NCBI GenBank assembly: GCA_965112155.1
Contig: OZ218108.1
Strand: one strand, 5' to 3'
Length of the DNA stretch: 64,000 bases
Source: Podarcis liolepis
Lineage: Eukaryota
Position 1 is the first letter of the stretch. Each line of letters begins with the position of its first letter. The notes beneath the pieces are model-generated. The model had not been told where the DNA came from. It ran no database searches and was given only the letters and a program-made list of their open reading frames with translations. The translations under genes were made by a program, and so were the position numbers. Below, one piece after another: positions 1 to 12,431 of this stretch.

Positions 1-61
1 CCTCCTCCTCTTCTTCTTCTTCTTCTTCTTCTTCTTCTTCTTCTTCTTCTTCTTCTTCTTC
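1..61. repeat. (TTC)n microsatellite, possibly the tail of a SINE cut by the window edge
   Basis: ~17 TTC units preceded by CTC repeats, the same tail as the SINE at 34588-34836. Confidence 0.9.
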
Positions 62-1154
62 ACTGCAGTCCTGCTGCTAGTCAGAATACATAATACTTAA
101 CTAGATGGAGCACTAGTCTGACATGTCTGAAGACAGCTTCTTGTGTTCCTTGTAGAACTTCATGCATATGAACTGGCTTTACAGTTCTTTCTCCTTCATT
201 ATATTCCCTAGTTTTGTGCTCTCTCTGTTAAGACATTCATGCATTGAGAGATAGCCAGCATTCTCATTTTCAGCCTGACATCTGAAAAGTCATACATTTA
301 AGACATCGTGAAACTGGGTTTTTTTGTTCTTGATACTACACTGGCTATAATCTTGCAATGACAAATTCAACTATGGAATTTCACCTGGACAGATTGTTCT
401 GTTCACAGTGACAGGTTATGATTACTGTTTGCATTCTGTCTCCTGCTCTGACAGGAATTTTAACATTTCCCCCTCATGATGCCTTCCTTGACAAGAGTAA
501 CCTTTCTGCCCCGAGCCAAACCAATAACAGCTCTGACTCATTACCTGTTGATCTTGAGTAGCCCATTGACTCTTTCAGCGCTATGCCTGAGAAACCAATC
601 TGAGGGCTGCAACCTAAGACTCTGATGCAACCTGTGGTCACCTGGTTTGACTCCAAGAGATGAAATTTCTGATTGCACAAAGGCAGCTTTTACAATAACT
701 GAAATAAGAGGAAGGAAGACTGAGCAATTTTCCCTTTGTCTCTATAACAGACTCCTCAGTCCTGCAGACTGCTAGTGCTTTTGGGAAGAAGATGAGTGTT
801 ATGGGTTTGATGGGTCAATCTGGGTGACACTCATGGGTCCCTTTCCAGACATGTGAAGTGCTGCCATTTCCAAGTTCAAAGAAGTTGCCATAGAGACAAA
901 TGAGTGAGCCTTTTCCTACCACACCTGGCTGGATGCCACATCAGCCTAAGATGGAGAACAGTAGGTGAGTCTGGCCAATGCTGGAAACTGGAGAGACAGA
1001 AACATGCCTGCTCTGTGCTGGACCCAAAGCTGTGGCTTGGCTCATCCCTGGAAAGATAATGGGGAAGCATAATGTGTTGGGGTGTTAATGTTTTGAATGC
1101 AGGTTGTATGTATGTTGTAAATAAAACTATAGGTCTTGAAGACACCACAGTCTT

Positions 1155-1286
1155 CACTGTTCAGGGAAGTTTTTAATGGCTGATGTTTTATTGTGTTTCT
1201 AATATTTTGTCGGGAGCTGCCCAGAGTGGGTGGGGCAACCTAGTCAGATGGGTGGCATATAAATAATAAAATTATTATTATTATTA
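1155..1286 (+). mobile_element. L2 LINE 3' end fragment
   Basis: agggaagtttttaat...gagctgcccagagtgg...cagatggg...tataaataataaa(att)n, the same tail as 1860-2101. Confidence 0.7.
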
Positions 1287-1859
1287 ACCTTTATTTCAAT
1301 GAAACTGAATCCTGGGTAAATGCAGGAATCCTGGAAGTCTCTCCCCACTCAGAGAGTGGGGTGCACAGAACACTATTTGCAGAAAGCTAGATCAACCAAA
1401 GGGACCTGAGGTGGAATGAGGGGAAGGACATGACAAGTGCCATCAACTACTTACTGCTCATCCCCCAAGTACCTGCAGTAGCTGGCATAATGCCTCTGCT
1501 TCTCTGTCTTATGGTCTATATCCTCAGACCCACCACCAACAGCATCCACATAAATATGCATTGCAGGATAAGGACTGGAGAAATAGGTCTTCACTGGTGA
1601 TTAGGGTTACAGAGCTGAAGATGCTGGACTAGATGGATCATTGGCCTGATCCTGCAGGCTCTTCTTATGTGAGAACAGGGAGTTCAGGGAGGGATTTATT
1701 TATTTATTGAGTGGGCTGTTTATATTGGAATTCATCCTTGGGTCACTGATTTCTTTTCTCAATAAGAAGTATCGATTAAATAAATACATATCCTGATTTA
1801 AGACCTAAAATGCCCCCTACAAAACAGGGTGCCTATCAGTTTAATGAAGTCAGCAAAGG

Positions 1860-2101
1860 TAGAGGGCCTTCTCAGTGGTGGCACCCGCCCTGTGGAATGC
1901 CCTCCTATCAGATGTCAATGAAATAAACAACTCTCTGACTTTTAGAAGACATCTGAAGTCAGCCTTGTTTAGGGAAGTTTGTAATGTTTGATGTTTTGTC
2001 GTGTTTTTAATATTCTTTTGGGAGCTGCCCAGAGTGGCTGGGGAAACCCAGCCAAATGGATGGGATATAAATAATAAATTATCGTCATTATCATCATCAT
2101 T
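1860..2101 (+). mobile_element. L2 LINE 3' end (ORF2 C-terminus and tail)
   Basis: Encodes RAFSVVAPALWNALLSDVNEINNSLTFRRHLKSALFREV, the typical L2 C-terminal RAFS..AP.LWN.LP motif, followed by the 3'UTR stem and a short tandem tail. Confidence 0.8.
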
Positions 2102-3515
2102 TACATAAAGTATTTTTTGTGATTCCTGCTTGATTTTCAACTCTGTGCATTTGGTTGTACTCCTCAAATCTCCAATGATTTCTGATGTTTGAAAATTAGC
2201 ATCAGGTATTCTATTCAGCTGGTATAGGATGACATATATTTATATACCTTTTTCAGCCATATGGAAGTCTGGGTTGAAAGTCAATGAGGGGCAATGACAC
2301 TATTTAATGGCCCATAATGGCAGCCTAGAATGAAAAAAATGCCCTGTAGTTTTCTTGCCTTCCACAGATGGCCTAACCGTATAGAGTTGCATTTTCAGTG
2401 ACATACGTATCAGCAGCAGCTAAGGCAACATCTTTGTAGTGTGCAATCAAATCATTTTCTGAACGAAATTCCCCCCCTTGACTTCCAGAGACATAAATGC
2501 TATGGAACAGGGCGTGCTAACATTTTATTTGCTTCGGCTTCATCTTCTGAAGTGAGTACTTCAGTTTACTAAGCAAACTTTTATCCACTTTTGTATGCTG
2601 TTCTTTGAAATACTCTTATGAAAGATACTCCTGCTACTCATACTCAGAACAAACCCAAGTTCATTGATTTCACTGCATCTGCCTGAACATGGCTAACATT
2701 GGATATCAGCCTCAATAAATTTGCCTATAAATTTGTTTTTGGTCCCCCCCCCGAAAATCTTAATGGACTTTAATTGAGATCAAAGCAGCCACACTGATTT
2801 ATGCTTATACCACTAGGTACATTTCATGAAACCCATCAGCTGATTATTTGCAAAACTAAATACGTTTTTATTTAAGCAGATTTTATCTGAGCAGGTTCAT
2901 CCTCTGCAGGTTTCAATTACAGCAGCATATGGGCTCACAGAAAAATAAAACCGAGGCACTTCTGCATAACCATGAGGTACTTTCCCCAAACAACAGATGT
3001 AGTGGTAAATGAAATTCGTACTGAAGATGGGAACTCATATAACTGAGTGCTCCTCCATAGAAAAAAATAAAAAGTACAGATGCAAATGCAGGTGGGTGGA
3101 CACTACAGATCTGCAGCACTTGCAAAGCTTCCACATAGCTGTGTGTGCTTTTCCTAGAGCTGTGCAGGACACTTTGAAGCCCCAACAATCAGCTGATGGT
3201 TGGGTCTTCAAAGCACTTCACAAGGCTGTCTGTAAGTACTGGTGATCAGTTGTTGCCAATGCTTGCACAAAGCATTGCAGGGTGCTTTGAAACCCCGACA
3301 ATAAACTGTTCATTAGGACTTAAATGTGCCATGCTGCTCCTTGCAGGCCCTTAGAAGCTGCTGGTAGTTTGTGCTTGCTTAGAGCCCTATCTGGTATTTT
3401 GAAGCCCTGATAACTGATAATCAAAGCACTGTGCATGCGAAAATGGGCCACCTGCCACCATTGTGATGTCGGCTGGTGGATAGGTGGGCAGTATCACTGT
3501 AAGGAATCTTGATTT

Positions 3516-3882
3516 CGTAGAATCATAGAATTGCAGAGTTGGAAGAGACCCCAAGGGTCATCTAGTCCAAGCCCCTGCAATGCAGGAATCTCAGCTAAAG
3601 CATCCATGACAGATGGCCATCCGACCTCTGTTTAAAAGCCTCCAAGGATGGAGAGTCCACAGTCTCCCAAGGGAGACCGCTCCATTGCTGAACAGCTCTT
3701 ACTGTCAGAAAGTTCTTCCTGATGTTTAGTCGGAATCTCCTTTCTTGTAACTTGAAGCATTTGGTTTGAGTCCTATCCTCCAGAGCAGGAGAAAACAAGT
3801 GTGTTCCCTCTTCCATGTGACAGCCCTTGAGATATTTGAAGATGGCTATCATGTCTCCTCTCAGTCTCCTCTTTTCCAGGCT
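3516..3882 (-). mobile_element. CR1 LINE 3' fragment
   Basis: ORF 3595-3852 (IFKYLKGCH...FKLQERRFRLNIRKNFLTVRAVQQWSGLP...SPSLEAFKQR) is the CR1 ORF2 C-terminus. Ends in an ATTCTAT-type terminal repeat. Confidence 0.92.
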
Positions 3883-4374
3883 TCTTCAACCATTCCTCAA
3901 AAGGCTTGGCTTTATGTGTTTCCAATGTCTAGAGCTGATCCACTTTCTTCTTTACAACAGTCATCTTCAACAGCTTAAATACTGCTCTGAGATCTGAGAA
4001 ATTATTAGCCCTGGGTCTAACAGCACCATTTAAATGTTGCCTCTAATATTTTGCATTTAGGTGCTCGTATACTCCTTTCAGGAGGAACACCTACGATATC
4101 TGCTCCTGCACATGAGCAGTGGTGGACCTACATTTTTTGGGCCCTGAACTGTTATGGGGGCAACCATCTTCACAACCAGCAATGTGGTCTGGGTAACCAC
4201 TGTGATTTTCTTCAGTTGGATTGTTCACAACCACCTCTACAACATCTGACAACTACTGACTCTCAAACTTTGGGATAGTTGAAATATATACAACAAAACA
4301 TTAATTCATTTGTGTTGTGCAACTCAAACTACTAGATCCGTTTTTTAAAGCGATGTGAACTAAAGTCGCTTTGG

Positions 4375-5730
4375 TCTCTTCCTTTAAATTCCTGGGAGTC
4401 CATCTTAGTGAAGACCTTACTTAGAAGATCAGTACAGCCCAGGTACCGTATTTTTCACCCCATAGGATGCACTGGCCCATAGGACACACCTAGTTTTCTT
4501 GGGGGGGGGAATAGAGAAAAAATATATTATTTCCCCCCCAGGCACGGGGCTGGGGCAGGGGAAGCACGAGCTTCCCCCGACCCCAGCCCCCAGAACAGGC
4601 AGCTCTCCGCAAGCCTTAGGAGACCGGCGCGATTTCCTGCCGGGCTCCCACGGCTTGCAGATATCTGCCTGAAGCCCAAACCAGGTCGGGGAACAGCGGG
4701 ATGGTGGCGCTGCGCCTCCCCGCTGTCCCCCAAGCTTCTGGGGCTGGGGCGAGGAGAAGCGCGCTTCTCCCCAACACCAGCCTTCAAACCACGTCGGGGG
4801 ACAGCGGGAAAACGCAATGCGCCTCCACGCTATCCCCGGAGCTTGTGGGGCTGGCGATGGGGAGAAGCGTGCTTCTCCCCTCCACCAGCCTCCAAACCAG
4901 GTCGGGGAAACGAAGCCCGGGGCGCACTGTGCAGCGCGCCCCAGGCTTTGAGATGCAGGCTGCTATCCGCAAGCCTAGGGAGCCCGACGGGAACTCCCGC
5001 GGGCTCCCAAGACTTGCTGAGAGCTTCCTGAAGCCTGGAGAGTGAGAGGGGTCGGTGCGCACTGACCCCTCTCGCTCTCCAGGCTTCAGTGAAAGCCTGC
5101 ATTCGCCCCATAGGACACACACACATTTCCCCTTCATTTTTGGAGGAGAAAAATTGCGTCCTATAGGGCGAAAAATAGGGTAGTTAGGAAGGCCCAACAG
5201 AGACTTCATTTCCTTAGGGTCGAGGGAAGAACAATATTAGACAGCAACTGATGATTTCCTTCTATCGGTTAACAATAGAAAGTGTTCTCTCGTACTGTAT
5301 TATGGTGTGGTACACTAGTTTGACAGCCATGGACAGAAAGTCCCTACAGAGGGTGGTGAAGACAGCACATGATATCATGGGCTGTCCCCTGAGTCCACTA
5401 GATGTCATCGCAGGAGACTGTTGCCTCAGAAGAGCGAGGAACATTCTCAGGGATGACTCACACCATGGCCAGCACCTTTTTAATCTCCTGACCTTGGGCA
5501 GGAGATATAGAGGCATGATAAGCTGCACCAAAAGGTTAAAGAACAGTTTCTACCTGTGGGCCGTGAGGCTGCTGAATGGAAGACAGCAACATTGCAGCTG
5601 ACGTTCGGGGTTGGTGATCATACGACAGCACACAGAGTGTTACAAGGACTGAGAGATTGGGGGGGGGGCTCATTTAATCTCACTGTAAACAAGTGGTACA
5701 GTGACAATAAAGTATTTCTATATTTCTATA
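4375..5730 (+). mobile_element. Rex1/Babar LINE 5'-truncated copy, interrupted by a MITE
   Basis: FKFLGVHLSEDL..AQV|VRKAQQRLHFLR..FYRLTIESVLSYCIMVWY..DRKSLQRVVKTA..DDSHHGQHLFNLL..GRRYR..RLKNSF..AVRLLN is the Rex1/Babar RT C-terminus. AATAAA plus (TATTTCTA) tail. 14-bp TSD TAA(A/C)GTCGCTTTGG at 4361-4374 and 5731-5744. Confidence 0.88.
4446..5180. mobile_element. Tc1/mariner-superfamily (Tc2/pogo-like) MITE with internal hairpin modules
   Basis: TIR CCGTATTTTTC(A/G)CCC(C/T)ATAGGA(T/C)GCA at both ends. TA duplication at 4444-4445 and 5181-5182. Excision restores the Rex reading frame (Q-V-V-R-K). Confidence 0.9.
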
Positions 5731-7328
5731 TAACGTCGCTTTGGGCCCCCTCCAGCATTAGAGGCCCTGAAGCTTAAGCTTCATTAGTTTCATAGTAGAT
5801 CAGCCCCTGCACATGAGTAAATGGTTGTCATACATAAACTGATCCTTCAGGTGCCTTTGTATGTGCTGACTGTATATTTAAATAGCACTGGCAGAAGCAG
5901 GTGTAGGAGTACCTGAAGTAGCTGAAGTTGCAAGTAGTTTTGTGAGTAGTATCAGAAGACTTGAGGCCAATTTGTACTGATTTTACCTGACAATGTGCAT
6001 TCATAGCCCCAATAAAAAGGCACGACTCCAAGGAATTGTATTGCTGAATTACACAATGCTTTAGGAAAGAACCATATTGCTGAATTAAAGACTGTGTCAT
6101 ATTTCTTCTCTCATTTTCTCCTATTCTGTTCCTGACTCTGAACGGCAAGCACGCAGAGAAGCCCTTCTGGATTTTCTATGCAAAATGAATCCCTGCTGGG
6201 TAAGAAACTGTTGTATATCTGTCTCTCTGCATCCCAAGCAAGGCACAATACTTAAGGCAAAACCAATAAATATTTGTATCTTAATAGCATCACTATAGTA
6301 AAAGGATTTTCAAGTCTTATTCGCTGTCAGCTTCAAGACTGGTACTATATGATAAAACTGTGAGTAACTGTTATGCTAAAACCATGTTCTATATTAATAC
6401 TTTTGCACTTTGTTTGATATCTCACCTATGCTATTGTGCAGAATAAATTACTGTAATGTTTAGCATAAGATCATTTGGACCTTGGTTACAGTATTCTTTA
6501 CTAAAAGGTTCCATATTTGAGAAAATCTGAACAAAGAAAGTCCAGTGTTATGTGCAACCCCAATCTCTGCTGAATGACTGTATGAGATTCCGGGGGTTCC
6601 AGGCATTTATCCAGGGTTGTATTTCCATTGGGAAATCAAGGCAGAGAGGAGCCTAGCAGCTTTAAGAATTATGGTTTATTTAAACCTGGGTTGAGTTTGG
6701 AGTCCAAAGAACCCTGTACACCATCTCTGTGCCTCCAATCCAGACTGCCAAGATGGTTCTGCCCCACATGGCCTCTGCTTAGAATTCTGGCTCTCCCCTT
6801 CTCTTTCCCAAAGACCCCTTGCCAGAAAAATAACACCAAGCCTTGTGTAAAATGACACTTTTCCCCTGTGTCTATTCCCTACATCATGGAAGCTGAAATC
6901 CTAAACCTTTCTCCACACATGGTAACCATGGGAACTCCTCCCTCTGTCCAACAGCAGAGAATCTCTTGCCCTGATTATGGCTTCTATTGATGGGTTAATG
7001 TCTTGCTTTCAGCACCTTTTGTCTTTCTTATTGACTTCTATCCCAGGTGAGGCCCTGGCTTGGAAAAGAAACATTGTCTTATTTTTCACTGGCAAAGTAT
7101 CTTCTCTTCAATACTCCAAATACTATCTAAATGCTACCATTTATTCATTCCTAACATTCACTAACTCTAGCAGTTATGGGTGCCCTTGCACCCCCAAACT
7201 CTGTTCCCCAGATCTGTAGCACCAGGTTGAACAAAAGCACACCCTGTTCCTCTTGCTCCTCCAGCACAATCCTGAATCCACATTCACTTGGCGCTTGGGA
7301 AAGCAGTGAAGAGAGAGAGAGACAAAGA

Positions 7329-7698
7329 TAAGGTAAAAGGTAAAGGACCCCTGGATGGTTAAATCCAATCAAAGGTGACTGTGGTGTTGCAGTGCTCATC
7401 TCGCTTTCAGGCTGAGGCCAGCTTTCTAGGCCATGTGGCCAGCATGACTAAAGCACTTATGGCGCAACGGAACACCGTGACGGAAACTAGAGCTCACGGA
7501 AACGTCGTTTACCTTCACGCCATAGTGCTACCTATTTATCTACTTCCACTGGCGTGCTTTCAAACTGCTAGGCTGGCAGGAGCTGGGACAGAGCAATGGG
7601 AGCTCACCCCGTCATGTGGATTCGAACCACCAACCTTCTGATAAGCAAGCCCAAGAGGCTCAGTGGTTTAGACCACAGCGCCACCCACCTTTACCTTT
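7329..7698 (-). mobile_element. Sauria SINE
   Basis: tRNA-like head (GGTGGCGCTGTGG...GGTTCGAATCC) and (ACCTTT)n tail on the - strand. TSD GAGAGAC(A/G)AAGA at 7317-7328 and 7699-7710. Confidence 0.9.
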
Positions 7699-9609
7699 GA
7701 GAGACGAAGACACAGAGAGATATTACCGTAGGTTAAAGGTTGCCACAAGATTAGGTGAAGGACGTTGGATGCAACCTGAAGAAGGAGTTTAAATCAACTT
7801 GTGGAGATCAGTGATGGAGCTAGCAGGTGAGATCCTGGATCTCTTTTTTTAACATGCTCCTCCCCCTCTCACAATATTAATTCCTATTAACCTTTGAGTT
7901 GTCATGAGTGCAGACCTGGGGCTTTGTATCACTCAGTTTGCTCAGACACACCCATCTTTACATATGGGCTTTCTGCAAGTAAGATCTAGCAACAGATTGC
8001 TACTCCCTTTCTGTACACAGTTTTGCTGCGTTTTCAGGAGCCAGCTGCTACAATCCTTGTCTAGCCTGTCCAAGGCTCCCATTTCACTCTTACATTCTTA
8101 CAATAACTCATCCTTCACAGAGAAAACTAGATGGCAGGGAGAAGAGGCCTAAGGTAGACATCCATAACATATGTGGAGCAGAATTTATATTTAGTGGAGT
8201 GTAATTATGTCAACCTCAACTGGAGCTTGAAGTGGGACAGCCCAGACAAAGGTTTACTGTTTCAATCAGAATTAATCAGTCACACATTTTGAACTTTCAG
8301 AGACAGAAAGCTCTAGCAGCTGACTCTTATTTCACAAGAGATTTGGGGAAATCTGATGCATAACTGAGGAACTTACATTTACATATATGAAACTATGTCA
8401 TGCATAAAATGGCACTTTTGTTTTTTTGTAAAATGTCATGTAAAATGTCATAAAATGTCATAAATCATTACTGTCCTTCGCTTCCAAATGGTAAGCGAAA
8501 ATTACTCTTGGATCTTTGGCTCTGATATATCCTTTCCCTTGGATCTACAACTTAGCTGTCATTGATTTTTTTCCTTCTTCTTCTTCAAAAAAAATAAAAA
8601 TCAAAATGACCATCTTGGGTACTTTTTTTTATTTCATGACAGCCTTGTAAAGTTCACATAGATTAAGTCCTATTTTTTAAAAAATGCAGTCTCGTCCAAA
8701 TATTTTGTACAGCATTAATTAAGACTGCTATTCAGCCATGGTGTTTCTTCATGAGCTGCAGATGAAGACCCTATAGCTGCTTAGATGTTGTCACACTACA
8801 GTTCCCATCATGCTGTCTGAAGCTGATAGGAGTTTGAGTCCAATAACATCTGGAAGGTTTACCCTACACCTCGTGTGGATAGTGCTAAACTACATGAACC
8901 AATAGCCTGATTTGATATAAGGCAGCTCCTTGTGCCTATATGTTGTTTGTCTTCCTTGTCAAATACACAAATTCGCAATAAGCACCTTTGCATCCCATAT
9001 CCTAATTAAGATCTCCTTCCTCTGGATGCCCCCAGCAACCCAAGGTTAGCTGTCTAGCGGCACAGGGTCTTTTCGGTGGTGGAACTCCAGATGTGAAACT
9101 TCTTCCCCAAACGAACTTGATACTGGTATTCCTCAGACGTTGAATCAATACCTTTCTATTCTCCAGGGCTTTTAATGGATCAATCTCAAAGCTTTTAAAA
9201 CTGATTTCACTGTTTTTATCTGCTACTTTTAGCAACGTTTTGCTTCATCTGTCTTAATTGTTTTGTTCTCTTGCTTCTGCTGCCATGGCAGCAGCTTGGA
9301 TATTTTTATATAGGAAGGTGCAATATTAATATTTTAGTTAATTAATTAATGACTGTAAAAACAGAATAGGGAGGAGCAACAGATTAAAGCCAAGTTGCAC
9401 AGAATTCAGTTAGAAAAAGAATTTAAAAGGAAGCAAAGGAAAACTACCAAGTTCTGAAGGCCATTCTTAAGATTTCAGACAAAATATGCAGGGCTATAAT
9501 GTAGACTGTATAGTGTTTACACACACAGACACACACTAACATATACTACATTGAAAATAGTTATAATTGTTATAATTGTTTAATTGTGTCCTCCCTAAAA
9601 GAGGGTATG

Positions 9610-10361
9610 TGTTGCGTTGAGACCTGGTTGTGGGTGGCTCTATTGGATAGCCACAACACCCAATTGGTAGGTCCCTTGTTGCTGGGTTTAATCTGACCAA
9701 TGGGGTGCAGTCTAAATGGATTGAGGGACCTATATAAACCCATGCACGTCTCCCAGAGCTTCCTCTTTCGGCTCGTGCATTGGAACACCCATCCACCTCT
9801 CCCTAACTTTAGGGCATTTTGCGATTGACCTTGCTATGCCGTCGTGTGTTGTCTGTCCTTGGGACAGGGGCATGGCAGGAATTTTTCCACTTGGCTGATT
9901 GGCTGGTGCCATTTAAGTTTCACCTGCCGCGTAGCAATTCATCACAACTTGTAAGGTTGCGGATAGGCACTGGTTCATGTGATAGGGATGGGAGAACAGT
10001 CTTGCCGTCTCTATGTGAAGGGTATTCCATTAAAGGAATCCAGGGACTCCACTTGGCTTGGTCAAGCCCCAAGAGGGGGTTGTGCCCATGCCTGAGTCCA
10101 GGGGAGCATCTGGGGAGTGAACAGAGTCTGTTCCCAGACTTTTCATCTGCCTCAGATATTCACCCTTGGCTGACCTATGATAGAGCTCTGGGTCAGCGCT
10201 ACCTGCAAGGGTGTACAGAGCTAGTTGAACCAGAGCCTATGCAACCACTCACTTTTCTGTAATCAATAAAGTTGTGGCCTAAATTCCGCCAAAAACCAAA
10301 ACTAAAACTTGAGTCAAATGTGTCTTTATTTAGGGGGAGGTCTCTGGGTCTGAGCATGCAA
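9610..10361 (+). mobile_element. Probable solo LTR (Gypsy/ERV type)
   Basis: Begins TGTTGCG. CCAAT/ATTGG boxes, TATATAAA at 9731 and AATAAA at ~10265. Loosely inverted ends (TTGCGTTGAGACC / GGTCTGAGCATGCAA). No clean TSD found. Confidence 0.5.
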
Positions 10362-10879
10362 ATTGTCTAATTGTTTAAAGAGTTCATTCATATCTACCAA
10401 GATTTAATAAAGCTTTCATATTAATATTTCTTTTTATACCAGAGCCATAAGATCATACAACCATAATATAATACTACCTTTAATAAAAGTGGCAAGTAAC
10501 ATTTACTGAGAGTTTGTGCACGCAAGAGTTTTTCTGCAGCATATCCCTGCAGGGTAAATTATATTTTCCTGTTAGTCTTCATGTTATGCCAGAGGTGGGT
10601 TGCAATTCTTGCCCATGCTTGTTTCTTTTCTTTCTGGTAAATTATTTCTCGCCACTGTGTAGTGTAGTTTGCAGCCATTTGGGATGTAAACATCACAGTT
10701 ACCTCTTGGTACAGTAAACACAGAGAAAAACATCATTGTATCAATCCAGGTAGGGCAATATACACAAGGAATCCTTGCTTAATTTGGAGCTGCATGAAAA
10801 ATAGGACACTGCAGAGGTAGCGCACAGTTGTGCCAGGAAGACCCAAGTTCAAATTCCCATTCAGCCATGAAACCAAGTG

Positions 10880-11195
10880 GCACCACATTCACACATACAT
10901 TTAAAGCACTATGACGCCATTTTAAAGAGTCATGGCTTCCCCCAAAGAATTATGAGAGCTGTAGTTTGAGGGTACTGAGAATTGTTAGGAGACACCTGTT
11001 CCCTTCAAATAGCTATAATTCCCAGAGTTCCCTGTGTAACCAATTGTTCCCAGAGTAACCAATTGTTAAACAACTCTGGAGTTGTAGTTCTGGATCTCCT
11101 AGCATCTCCCTTAACAAACTCCAGAATTCTTCATGGATGCCATGATTGTTTAAAGTGGTATCATCGTATTTTAAATGTATACTGTAAATGTAGTT
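10880..11195. mobile_element. Palindromic MITE (recurrent family, PIF/Harbinger-like)
   Basis: Fold-back structure tacatttaaa..catggc..gaat..tgtagtttg / caaactc..attc..gccatg..tttaaatgtat. Related copies at ~12322-13135 and ~45960-46175. Confidence 0.6.
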
Positions 11196-12431
11196 TGGGT
11201 GATTTTGAACCAAACACCCTCTCTCAGCCTAACCTGCCTGACAGGGTTCTGGTGGGGATAAAATTATATGAAACCACTGCCATCAGATTTAGTTCCTGAA
11301 CTAGCAATGTTATAGAAACACAATGGGATGAATCCAAGGGGAAGTATGGTAGCTTCCTTTTTATATGTTAACATTAACATTCTATCAAAATAACAACAAC
11401 AAAAAGAATTAACAATGTACTAATAAAAGACAATAGTTTAAAATTCATTTACAATATCTACCTTAAATAAATATCAGCTTTTACACCAATCTATCACAGT
11501 ATCCTATATCCTTAATTTACAAAGTTTCAATAAATGGGTGACAAATGCTAGCCGCAGCTGGTTAAACTGTTCTTAAAATGCAAGCATAACTGTTGCAAAG
11601 GAATATTTGTCCTACAAATTCTCAGCAGAGAAGTGAAATATTCATTAAAAAATCTGTTGAGTTGTTTTGGAGATAAGAAGGGGGGGAACGGGGACACCTA
11701 CTTTACACATCAAGGCTAATAATACTACTTTTTTTAAAAAAAAACCAGAAATAAGCAATTTAACTAGAAAGGTTTTTCCAGGTGTTTTTCTGCACAGATA
11801 ACTCAAATATGATGTAAGTTTAACACTTCAAACTCTGTATGCGTATAAGGCTGGATTGTGTGTGACACAGATAAACTCACTGCTTCATCCAAAGTGCTTA
11901 GGCAACTCAACTTTCATTGAAGTGAAAAATGAAATGCGTTCTCTTTGCCTCGTAGAGATGCTCAACAGTTTTTGAGGTTTTCAAAGAAGACTTAGAGTAT
12001 ATATAAACTGAAGTTTACAGGCTTGTTTGAAGAAGTTAGACCTAAAAAAAAAAGTTATAGCTGTTTATCACAATTCAAACTGCAAATAGCATTTGACTTG
12101 AATGGATTTCTTACGAGCAAATATAATATTTCAGTTGCTGTTAAACAGTTTATTGCCCAATTAGGCATATATCTGTGTCCCTTCAAACCACAGTGGAGAG
12201 GCCCACACATTTAAGAAATATTCATTGACTATAAAAGGCTAGAGAAGAACCCACAGAGTTTTCTATGAATGGAAGAGCATTCATGTCACTGAGCTATATA
12301 AATTGGTATAGTCCAAACATTGGCCCCATCTGCACTGTACATTTAAAGCAATGCCATTCCACTTTAAAAATCCTTGGCTCCCCTCAAATAATCATTTGAA
12401 CTGTAGTTTGTTACAGGTGAAGACAGTTATT

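Larger units (their letters stand above)
4117..5809. mobile_element. Non-autonomous hAT (Tip100-like) DNA transposon hosting nested insertions
   Basis: TIRs CAGTGGTGGACCTAC / GTAGATCAGCCCCTG. Perfect 8-bp TSD CACATGAG at 4109-4116 and 5810-5817. Confidence 0.85.

Noticed and set aside
4446-5180. CRISPR-like repeat-spacer array
   Set aside because: Eukaryotic context; the units are divergent hairpins inside a TA-flanked MITE, not identical direct repeats with unique spacers.
6570-6860. Additional minus-strand solo LTRs (also ~13400-13620, ~21638-21970, ~58356-58660)
   Set aside because: Only suggestive TTTATT/TATA-like motifs. Termini and TSDs could not be fixed.
8428-8468. TAAAATGTCA tandem units (also short duplications at ~11036, ~30699, ~35140)
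   Set aside because: Ordinary slippage duplications with no evidence of function.
11355-11560. Old L1/Tx1 3' end on the - strand
   Set aside because: AT-rich with a possible PFIE remnant, but no TSD or convincing frame.
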